A stretch of 64,000 bases of DNA from Trichoplax adhaerens. Lineage: Eukaryota > Animalia > Placozoa. The position numbers and the translations under genes are program-made. This document shows, in pieces, positions 52,863 to 64,000 of this stretch (within the stretch, counting starts at the first letter, position 1; each line of letters starts with the position of its first letter). The stretch covers positions 1,213,693 to 1,277,692 of the forward strand of contig NW_002060953.1 in assembly GCF_000150275.1 (NCBI RefSeq), given 5' to 3'. The notes under the pieces were generated by a model. It made no database searches and was not told the origin of the DNA. It saw only the letters and a list, made by a program, of their open reading frames with translations.

Positions 52863-55800
52863 GTTCCAATATTGTGCTATAAAGAAGAGTAACAAGTAGA
52901 TCTTTTAATCGAATAAGCTCAGCAAGGTGCCTGTAATGTTGGCTAACTTTACTCCAATTGAATAGGTAATATTTTGAGCGAAGACGACAAACTTCACTTT
53001 TATATGTACTTGATAAACACAATAAGATCTTACAACGTATTATGTCATAAACAAAAGCATTAATTCCATGTTGGAATGCTATTATGCAGATTATCTCAAT
53101 AGCTCCAAAAGAAGTCATAATAGATTGCATCGTTGCCAATGATTGATTGATTTACTTACATAATTTGTTTGATTTATATTTTGTAGCTTTGTAATGATTT
53201 TACTGACACGAAAGGTAGGTGAAATAGTCACCATTAATGAATTCATTCTCAGTCATGATATAGAAGATTTGATTTCAAGTTTAAGATTTTTATCTAAATA
53301 AACTATATAATCATATCAATGAGAATCTCTAAAATGATTGATCAGTATGAGAAGTTTAATACTTAATTTTGATAACCGGTACTAAGAATCTAGTTATTCA
53401 AATTCTTTCTAGTTATTAAAGGATTTGAATATCGTAATGTTGATGAAGTGGCGCAGATGAATTGGATAGCTGTGGTTATTTGTATGATTAAGCCACGTGC
53501 TACGGTATATCAAAGAGGTCAGAAAACGTGCTGATACTAAGGATTGGATTGCTAATCGAACTCATCCGATTAGATTGTTAATTACCTTAATTATCTGGAT
53601 TAATTTGAATGGTTATCTTGATAGACAATAAAAAACAGTAATATTGTTCTCTGCTATTGTTATTAATCAAATTAGCAGTATCATTTGGACGCACATGTTT
53701 TGAATTTGCTTTAAAAATCAACTTGAACTTGCATGAAGTAATTTATTTACTTTAGACACGATCAAATCAACTGCCAAACTTATGGATAGACAGCATTTTA
53801 TATATTAATTAATTAAATACGGTCATTTTTAAACTGATTCCTATATCAACTTTGGGTGGGTACTTGCAGTATATCCAACAAAATTATTATTGTATGTTAT
53901 ACAATGAATGATATTGTTACTTGTAGCCAATGTTCTACCTACAAGTAAAATAATAATTTGTTCATCATCAAGAAGAATAAATAATTGATTAGCAACTGTT
54001 GCAATGGACTCATTATGGATTGATTGGATAGCTAAAATTTTAATGAATTTAACGTCAATAACATCTGGTTACCATTTTGTAAAACTGAAACCTAGCTATT
54101 ATTTGGCATTAATAAATTGTTGTTTAAAGCTGAATCTACTTGTCTTTTATTTTAATGCAACATGTTGACCATCTGGTCTAGTTTGCTAACTAGTTTATTT
54201 TCACACGATATCGTCGTCCTTTTAATCTGTCTACTAAACATGATTTATTTCTTTTTTCACAAGTAGTTTTTAAAGCTAGCTGCATATTTGCTACACTGAA
54301 AATTGTTGCTCAATCTTGAACTTAATTAGGCTGCTATAAATGATCGAAAGAAACATTTTCTACCTGTGCAATCTATATTAGGAAAGTAATATGAGTGCAT
54401 AGTGATTAAAATTTTTATTCTAGAATATGAAGGAAGAAATTTGTTGTTTAATCCACTACAATAATAAAAAGTTTTCCTTATATCTGCGCCTGCATTAACC
54501 GGCAAACTTTGCTACCGTTTATTATTATTCCGAACTCATAATTTGCTAGATACGATTTATAACAAAATTTTACTTTCAGAAAACATTTGTAAATCAGACA
54601 GTGTTCAAAAGAACCTGCAAGACAATAAAATGTCTTTAATGGTTTAGTTATATCCGGCACATTAGCTTTTAAGTAGTACGATACTAATTCTGTTCGTAGA
54701 TAACGGGCAATGAACTTTAAATTGTAATGATTACCTTCTGAACATGTTTCCATTTTATAAAATGCTTGAGCTGACCTAAGATAAAATTGTTTTTAAACCT
54801 TCAAATGAGAACTTGGCTTGCAATTACTTAAAAATATGAAAACATGAAGCACTACATCGAGTTTATCTCTTTGCTAAAAGTGAGAGTTTGCAATCTTGAT
54901 GAATTAATTATTAATAACCGTGCTTTATTAAGTTCAATAAAGTTGCCAAATAAATTGATTTTAGCAATACTTTTATCTGATTAAATACAGTCGAAAATCT
55001 TTTCTACGTCTAACTGCAACCGAAATTTCTGTTGCAGCTACGAGGCCATATGTTTAAATAGTTTAAAAACCTTGTCTGATTAAGATCCGTTTTAGAGTTT
55101 AAGTAGACCTGTGATAAAACTGTTATGATGCTTAACAGTAAAAGTTTAGTAATAAGTATTTGATTTACGTCATAAACATAGAGGCTGTCTATTGGGTTAT
55201 AGATACCCAATTACTGTAAAGTAGATAAAAACTTTAAGATTCTGAAATTTACTTGTTCCCAAATTAGTTCGATAATTTTACCAATTTGGGGAATTTATAA
55301 TATCTTTCTCAAATAATAAGCAATACTGGCAGAAATCTATAAAATTTTTGAAAGACATGACGAGGCTAAATCAGTAACATTGCTATAAAATGAATGAATA
55401 ATAATGTAATGTAACTCTTAATATCGTGAAAAGTATTAAAAATTGTACAAGAGATAAGATGTCCGTAGCATCTTATCATGAATCGGAGCTATAATAAAGA
55501 ATAAAATGCTCTAAAGAGGCGACTACAATTTTTGAATCCTCACTTAAACATTATTAGTTAGCAGGTATTTCTAATTATCCATTTGTTATTCATGAACAAA
55601 ATAATATTGAATAGTAAAAATTTGGAAAAACAATGTGTTGTTTGAATTATCAACCGATTTTATAGCTCTAATTTAAAATTTCGTAACGTATCGACAAGGT
55701 CTAACGCAGTATTACAATTTTTTAGTCAAGAAGTTTTTATAGAACTATCACTTATTAAGAAGGTCCTGCTCGATATTGCGATCAATTAATTTACGGATTA

Positions 55801-57364
55801 GCTTTCGGAATATTTTCATCGTATTCAATATTTTCTTCGCAAAGAATATGCTTATTATCATATCAATTCGAAGTTAAAAAGACAGTCTAATATCTTAACA
55901 ATTAATTAAGTAACGATTGGCCCTTGGTCGTTTTACTACAATACCATACACAATACCTTATCTAATATAGGATAAGGGTATTCTACAATTTATTGTTTCA
56001 TCGAATTTTAACCATATGAGATATTGCTTTGATAATATTTTATTAACATCTGGGATGTTTGTTTCTACTCAGACATCATTCCAGCCATATTTATAATTTC
56101 ACTAATCATAGCTCTGAATTAAATTTGTTTCTTTCTTTTTTCAAAAGCTATGCATAGGATAAAGTAATCACATTCTCGACAATTGCATAAATAAAATAAG
56201 AAACGAAAAAAGAAAAATTGCGCTTCACCCCTTTAAAAATGGACTTCAGAGATTGCTATTTATGCAAAGGTAGTGAGATATAATTGATGATCTTTTTTAT
56301 TATGTAATAGTTTAAATACAATGTTTGTTATATGTGACTTACATACGTATGGTACAAATACATTATCGTAATTCTCATATTATATCTGTATTATACTTAT
56401 GAACTTATATATGAAGTTACAGATTCAGTCACTGAACTTCCGCCTAAGTAAGCTAAGATTTCGATACGTTTCACGTTATATAACGGTATAGATGCTGTCT
56501 AAGATAAACTTCTCTCCCATTGACATATGCACACATTAATAATTGTAATCCTCGTCCAATATCTATCACTTACTGATACTGAATAAGAATTCAAAGGCTT
56601 TGTTTGTAGATTTTCGACAAATATGAAGAATCTATGTTCTTTATTAGCACACAGTAGTGTAGTTATACGATGACCTATGATGCAACAAACAATAAAGTAC
56701 ATTAGCAATAACAATAATAGCAAAGTATGAACTTAACATACTATACAGTGTAAGGTACATAGAAGCTTAGTCATGTACGTGTACTAAAATTTATACTTTA
56801 ATGGAATAATGGGTACAATTTTACATTCAACTCGCCCATGGCCTGACCAATATCCTGATCACGAGAGAGTACTATTTGATCACTTGAAAAAATGACGCCA
56901 TTATCACATAGTAAATATTTGTTAAGGAAATCAACGTCTATAAGTTTTACCAAGACATTTATGTATATATATATACTCGTTCATTCTGAAAATTTACATT
57001 AATTAATATTCAACAAGTGGTATCTTTTACGAAATATCTAATTTGTGAACAAAAATGATTACGAGAGATGCAACGCCCACCATGGTCTTAAAGTACTTAT
57101 AAGATATTCCATTTATTAAAGAATCTTTATAGTCTGCGTACCAGATTATAGCGGTATCCGTATCTTTCTTCACTTAACCTAGCTCTCTCTGGCATTAACC
57201 ATCATTTGGTATGTTGGTAACTAACAATCCATCGGTTTAGGGTCTGTCTCCTTTAGTTTAGTAATTTCTAGCGATTTCTAATATCACTTGAAAATATAAT
57301 TACATAAAATTGTATTGGTTATTATTCGTTCGCTAAGTTGGTAGTGGCTTTATTGTGAACAAGA

Positions 57365-59017
57365 ATGGCAACTATGAAAGTGGCGAAACCTGTTAATCAG
57401 TTATTTAAGAGCAAAAAAACGACTCCTTTTTTAGGATGGTCTTCAGAAAAAATAAAATGCTATAAGAGTATTCTTGAAAAGATATCTGTTTCCGATTTTA
57501 AGCTGTCAAAAATTCAAGCGTTTGGTGATGCTAGGCTATTGGACGAGTTAAGAGAAGCTACAAAAGTGAAATTTTCTACTAAATGGCATAAGCAAAGTGC
57601 TGTACAAATTGTTAATAGCACAGCTACAGAATTTACCGATTCGACTAATCAAACTGTAGCATATACGGCTGGAGGGCTATCTGCTTTATTAAAAGCATTC
57701 GAATTGTTGCATAACCGCTCGGAAATGAAAGTCGTTTTCTCTTCAGATAGTCATTTATCAATAATGGATCGCAGTGGTCTACAGGCACATCAACATCCCA
57801 CACAATACGATGAATATACATTATCAGATTTAATCAAAGCTCTCTCGTTCAATTTTATCGATTCTAGAGATCCTGAAAAATCTAATTACCAGTCGTTTTC
57901 CATTCCGATGCTCAATCCTAGTACCTCAAAACTGATTTCTTACACAAATTTTTTTTTGGAGTTTCTTCAACAGAAAGGTATGGCCGGATTCGATGTTACA
58001 CAAAGGAGTAAATTAGTGGTTGAAGGGCAAAAACTGTCGTTGGAGAATTTTTCTTACATCGATTATTTGACAAGGGCTAGCTTGAATAAATCTATTATGG
58101 AGCGGAAGGGACGTCTATATTTTGGTTTTCCAGAGGATCTTCCAAGGTTAAAACATGGTTTAAATTCATGGAAAATGCTAGGCATTGAGTCTTACTTTGT
58201 TGATGATGCGTTCTTGAAAGATAGAACTTTATTTGATATAGAAAATCAACCGGTGCACGCATATTTCATTCCTGGTGATGGCTTTTTTTATCCTGATATC
58301 ATGGAAGTGATCATTGAATATTTACAGTTACATTATCCTGACAAATTCGAGTACCGAGCTAATACAAAACTAGCTTCTGTTTATATTAATCCAGGCAGTG
58401 AAACAGCAGTCGCTGTCAAGGAAATAACACCAGATGGTAGTGACCGATATTCGTCCATTAATTCTATATATTGTTCACTAGGACATGACCAAGTTTTTCG
58501 TAATGGTCAGGCCATATATAAGGAAACCTTGGCAACTAGTACCACTGGAGACTGGGTACAACATATCCATGTCGATGATCTTAAGAGCAGACTGACAAAT
58601 AATATGACTATTGAAGAGTATCTTAATAATTCAGAATACAATCTGCCTTATGCTGATAAGTTTAATCTTCACGTCACAAGGCTTGGATATAAAAAATCAT
58701 CCATTCAAGATTGGTATGACATATTTTATAGAGTGACTGAAGGCGGCGTACTCAATTATCAAACTGGACTAGGAAGCAAAAATGAAAAAAGAGGTCATTC
58801 AGTATTGGAAAAAAAAGATGTTATCAATAAGTTATATAAGCTAAACAAAACACAATTAGGTATTTGGAAACCAATCACAGAAGGTAGTTGCTCGCGAAAG
58901 ATAGACAAAAATAACACGAGGACAAATCATTCAGTTGCATCTAATGCTATTTTTTCTATAAATGCTTCTGGTACAGGTGTTGTTGACGCTGCGAAACATA
59001 TTAAGCTCCAAAAGTAA
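57365..59017 (+). CDS. Intronless 550-aa protein, divergent FAD-dependent oxidoreductase (DAO/DadA/glycine-oxidase-like fold)
   Basis: 1653-nt ORF in very AT-rich DNA. Degenerate Rossmann motif TVAYTAGGLSALLKAFEL, then RKGRLYFG, AYFIPGDGFFYPD, YRANTKLASV, SIYCSLG, GSCSR and INASGTGVVDAA in the order typical of the DAO family. ORF is clear; family call is moderate. Confidence 0.7.
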   Translation: MATMKVAKPVNQLFKSKKTTPFLGWSSEKIKCYKSILEKISVSDFKLSKIQAFGDARLLDELREATKVKFSTKWHKQSAVQIVNSTATEFTDSTNQTVAYTAGGLSALLKAFELLHNRSEMKVVFSSDSHLSIMDRSGLQAHQHPTQYDEYTLSDLIKALSFNFIDSRDPEKSNYQSFSIPMLNPSTSKLISYTNFFLEFLQQKGMAGFDVTQRSKLVVEGQKLSLENFSYIDYLTRASLNKSIMERKGRLYFGFPEDLPRLKHGLNSWKMLGIESYFVDDAFLKDRTLFDIENQPVHAYFIPGDGFFYPDIMEVIIEYLQLHYPDKFEYRANTKLASVYINPGSETAVAVKEITPDGSDRYSSINSIYCSLGHDQVFRNGQAIYKETLATSTTGDWVQHIHVDDLKSRLTNNMTIEEYLNNSEYNLPYADKFNLHVTRLGYKKSSIQDWYDIFYRVTEGGVLNYQTGLGSKNEKRGHSVLEKKDVINKLYKLNKTQLGIWKPITEGSCSRKIDKNNTRTNHSVASNAIFSINASGTGVVDAAKHIKLQK

Positions 59018-61217
59018 TTTGAAGGAGTGGAGAATATAATGGTTTTTGCTAATTAAGATAATAATCTAGCATTTAGCACCCAAATTTTGCTACATTACAA
59101 TACTTTAAAAAAAGAGATAAGAATTATCTATAAAATTCTAATTAGTTTCTTATATGTCTGTTTGGTACAACTAGAGATTCTCAAGTTTGCACTGTAATAG
59201 CCGACGGGATTTGGTAGTAGTTTAGTTTGCGAAGATTTATTTATTGCTCACCATAATCAGCCTACTTTGCTAAATTTATTGGCTAACCTTGCCCAATATT
59301 ACCCTTTCTGCAGACTGTCGTTCAGTTCTTGTAAACTGTAACACATGATTAAAATATTCATACGTATATTTACGTGTACAGTACTTTGATGTTAATGCCT
59401 GCAGTATGATAATATATATGTGTAAACGTCTTGAAAAGGTAAAGAAATTGCCCTTACCCGCTTATATTTCTGCTTTTAAATAAAAACTAACAAAAAATAT
59501 ATCTGCTTAGATTTTTCATTAATTTGAGTTCAAACCTTGGTCGACTAACTGTAAGAATTCGTTTATGCTAATGTGTCACAAACCAACTTCGTGACAAGGA
59601 TAACGTAAAACAAATCTCTAAATTACTATAGTCTTCCGGAATTCAGTATCCCTTAACTACCTCACAAGAATTTAGACGCCTTTGATTCTACGTTAAAACA
59701 ACAATTCAATTGAGAACTGCTTTATTCAACTATCTGACGGGCTTATATACCCTTCTACAGCAGCTAACATTCACAAGTCATCTTATAAAAATATTTAGGT
59801 GAGATAACTAGTTTTTCACAGTCGGACTACAATATGTCCATTCACAGAATCATTTCAGTGCACATTACAGCACAGCATTAAATTTACTGTAACACATTTA
59901 TAATTAGAGTAATTCCTATAGTAAATAACTAGTTGTAATATAATATCACTATATTATATTTACCAAATTTAGATAGCTATTTCTTCACGGTAGTTCGTAC
60001 CGTAACATAATGGTAGTGCCAGTCCAGGGATTATATAAATTAAATTGTATAACATATACATGTACTACATGATAGTAGCTCAGATCGAGATAGCTCATAC
60101 GCCAATGGCTGGTCCAATTAAGTATATGCAATCGAATGTAATGATAGAAGAGTAGGAATTGTGAATACTCAATAATAATAGAATAGATTTTTGGAATAAA
60201 GGCATTTTGAAAGTGGTACCGGTAGGTCCCAGCACCTTAAATGAAAGACAGCTGTGATCTAGATAACGTTGATTGTAAACGGAATCACTGTTTACAAACT
60301 AGAACGCAATAAGTAAATAAGTTTTAGGCTCCGTAGAGGGAGGTGGCTCTTGGCAAGAACAAGTACTGTAGGCGTAGAAAATTGTGTGAAATAATACACA
60401 AGAACGTATTTGAAGATCTTTCAATTGATTTTAATTTTTTATTTCTGATTTACTTACGGAATCATTGGATTAATAACATCTATTTATATTATTATAGATT
60501 CAAATTCCAAGAGCTGATACGCTAGGATTAATGGAATCGCCAACAAACCATATTGCATGATTACAGAATTTAATTAATTCAGAAAACTCCATTTTTGTAG
60601 CATCCTAGTTTTCTATGTTGGCAAAGCTTGAATAAAAAATTATCTTGATAACACATAATTAGCTAAAAGAGATAGGTGCTATTCTTTGCCATAGTACAAA
60701 TTTTGAATCATTCTTTCTAATTCTACTCTTGTATTTCAAATCTTATGACGTACCGAAACATTTGCAAGTACCTACTATATACTTCTTCAAGATGCCATAA
60801 CCCAATATTCTAAAATATATCGTTTATTATCGTATATCAAGGCAGAAAAATCTTGGTCATTATGAACACATTGACTTGGCGATTTGATTTTCAACCTACG
60901 AAAACATACTAAGGAAGAGAAGGTAATGAGACAAATCTAAATAAAATCGTTAAGTTCTATTATTGCAGTAGAAACAATAAAACCTTACAATTAGTTATTA
61001 GTCATAATATGAATTGCAATTATGATCACTTTGGTCTTATACTATATCCTTCTTATGAAATTTTAATTTCCCAAAATTCTACTATTGGCTTCATGAGGTC
61101 AATTAAAGCATATACTAACACATGCTAGTAGGATAATTAAATTAAGTTTGATTTAAATAAAGAGATTATATACTATTGATCATATCGCGAAAAACACACT
61201 GGACTAGGTTATGATAG

Positions 61218-61358
61218 CCTATAGTCATATACCTACAGTCGTATACCTATAGTCGTATACCTATAGCCGTATACCTATAGCCGTATGCCTATAGTCGTAT
61301 GCCTATAGTCGTATACCTATAGTCGTATACTTATAGTCGTATCATATGGTCGTATACC
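61218..61358. repeat. 14-bp minisatellite (CCTATAGTCGTATA) x ~10
   Basis: Consecutive 14-mers with single substitutions. Confidence 0.95.
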
Positions 61359-62344
61359 AAAGTCTAGGATAAATATTCTTAATCCGTTCTTACTGCTGGC
61401 TCTAACGCTAAGAAATCATAGAATTGACTTCTGTATAGATCTCTTCTTATAACCGAATAATTGTTCATATCTGCAGCTATTATTTTCTCATAGACCACTA
61501 AACTAAACTGCTAAAAAGATTTCTGAGAAGCAAGTGACTCCTAGCAGTAAAATTTATATTACTAATAAATGCGATTCTCTTAGTGGCCAATAATCTTAAT
61601 AGCGATTTATAATGATTATTCATTACGTAAGACATGCTTAAGTTTCAATTATCAATTCAAACTTTCGACACATCTCTAGTTATTAGATTTCTATAATTTT
61701 TGATTTTCTAAGAAATTGAAGTGAAGGTTTGTTCTGAACTAGCAAACTACATGTTTACTTCATTTATTAATGCTATCAAAAGCGTCAATATAGCTAAATA
61801 TAAAGCTTACGTGAAAAAAATTATGTTTTTTATTGCACTAAGTCTATAGAAAATAAAAAATATAATATTTAGGGTTCAGGATAAGAATAACTCTTCATGG
61901 TATCATTTCATTCTAGTTACTTATTTCAAAATGTGTTTGTTGGATTTATCCATGATCCGCTTAAATTGTAGTAACCTATTGAAGTTAGTATGATAACTTA
62001 GCTTCAGGTATTGATCAATATACACATTGAAAAGTTTATTCTAAGTTGAATTAAAGTAAATTGCAACATTAAATGCCTATAAATGCAACTATCGCCAAAA
62101 TATTATATTCGGCTTAATGTGGATTTAAGCAGCTACGCCATTTCTTTAGGGTTGGTTCTTAGCCTTTTGATTTGTAAGAGTTACCGTTGCTGTTGCAAAA
62201 ATATTGTACTTATCATCCAGAGCATCTAGCACTATCACGTAGCTTCCCAAATGAATAGAGAATAAGAAATAAATACACCGACCACAAATTCTTTGTATCC
62301 TTTAAAAATTAAAACAAGTTGACGGAACAAATTTTATTAAGGTC

Positions 62345-62480
62345 GTTATGTTCAATTAATTTCCATATTAGGGATTATTATTGGCTATTTCACCATTTTT
62401 ACAATATTCTATGTTATGTTCAATTGATTTCCACGTTCAGGATTATTATTGGTTATGTTCATCATTTTAGAGATAATTAA
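62345..62480. repeat. Imperfect tandem duplication, ~68 bp x2
   Basis: GTTATGTTCAATT.ATTTCCA..TT..GGATTATTATTGG.TAT starts at 62345 and 62413. Confidence 0.75.
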
Positions 62481-64000
62481 TGTCGTGCGATTCTATTTTA
62501 AAACATATTTACTGTTGCCGTGGTTTTTATTAACTTATCTTACAAATATAGAGTATTGATGTAATAAGGGTAATGGTATGAAAAGGAAATACGATAGAGA
62601 AAAAAAGAGAGGAGACTTCGGCTTTTCTTAAATTTGAATAAGTCATACAACTGTTCGCTGGCAATATGTTATTTGTTTTTACTCGTTGGTAGCGTGAAAA
62701 TTGAGGAGAATTATTTAAATTTAACTTACAGTCGTGACAACGTTGGCATCAGTTACTTTGTATCGTAAGTACCCTTTGGATAGGTGTTTTAATATAGCAT
62801 GAAAAATCGTGTAATTGCTTAATATTATCATCATCATTTGCTAGTTGCTACGAACTAGGGTTAGAAATTGCAGTAAAATGAAAATTCTTGACATACTAGT
62901 TTTAGTGTCTTATGAATCAACTTGATGACTTAGCTGTTGATGTGACAAACTAAATGATTCTGACTATAGTTAATGCTATTCGAAAAATTAACGGTATGAG
63001 CCTACTGTAATTTCTACCTTTTCGAAATCTATGTAAAGTATGACTTGTACTGTTGATAATTAGATAATCAATGATTATAGTAAACTACATTTCTCTAGAT
63101 AAATTCGAACGCTAAATGTATTGCAAAATCGACCGATTTATACATACAGCACGAAAAATTTTGTAGAAAAGCCGTTGTCAGTGCATCCTTGCTCAAGTTT
63201 TCTTATAAATGCTATGTTATGGTAGCTTTTCAAAAAAACTTCGTAGCAATTGGGTATTTCTTATTATCTTTAATTAAACAATTATTAATACTTCGACTTT
63301 AATCTAAAATGTAATATCCACAATTTTACTAACTGCAATATGCAAGCTTGTTTATAATTCAAAGTAATATCAATTGGTATTATTTATATCACTTAATTGA
63401 AAATTCTTCTATCTGTATGAATGTATGGATAAAGTAGAGATAAATTTTAAATCGAGTTTTGAACTGAAATTTTATCTGTTATTGAATGAAAGTTATTTGG
63501 TGAAATCGCTCTAGAAAATTAATATTTATATGGCTGTTTCAACCAAATTTTTATACAAAAATTGCTTCAAGCTGTAGTTAAATGCAGACTCACCAGTTTT
63601 CATTAGGATCAAATCTAGAACTCTCATTATTATATGAAGTAACTCAGTTATATCTTCAAACTACATTAGCGAGTAGCTACAGAACGTACACAAGGAACTT
63701 ATCTCCAATAAACAATATCAGCTCTCCTATATTCTTAGATTTATATTTTAATAGCTCTATACTCTACTTTACATCAGAGCATGCATATAACACGAGAGTA
63801 GCCACTATCAGAACACGATCTGACCTTTGAGCTTTCTTATTAGTTAAGTATCTAACTAATTCACTAGTACCGTGATAATGGCATACTTATTTCTATTAAC
63901 ATTACTGATTTAAGTTCCTGAAGTCATTTATGTTTTTAGAAATTGTATACGCGGATATAATTTTATAACAGCCTTTCATCTACGTTTGAAGAAAAGTATG

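Noticed and set aside
59100-64000. Short ORFs at 60343 and 63582
   Set aside because: Short, AT-biased, with no domains or splice-consistent partner exons.

Overview
AT-rich eukaryotic (animal) genomic DNA with short GT-AG introns. Compact intron-rich genes, gene content and base composition fit an early-branching animal, probably a placozoan (Trichoplax-like); this is inference, not verified. Genes rebuilt by hand from splice sites: DYRK1/minibrain kinase (+, 8 coding exons); intronless MAD2L2/REV7 (-); intronless SLC13 transporter (+); two paralogous NCAM/Fasciclin-II-like IgSF genes (-), one transmembrane (5 Ig + 2 FN3 + TM, with an apparent 1-nt frameshift in the Ig5 exon) and one apparently GPI-anchored (5 Ig + 1 FN3 + S/T stalk); between them a secreted mosaic protein (3 UMOD/GP2-type Cys domains + 4 EGF + fibrinogen-like C-terminus) and an intronless opsin-like class A GPCR; and an isolated intronless 550-aa divergent FAD-oxidoreductase-like ORF that is a candidate horizontal transfer. 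The first 5 kb is a repeat patch: a ~110-120 bp tandem array, Helitron-like 3' ends, a decayed ORF, and stacked CAGTA/CTGTA insertions at TA sites that match Tc1/mariner excision footprints. No rRNA, tRNA or CRISPR array was recognised.
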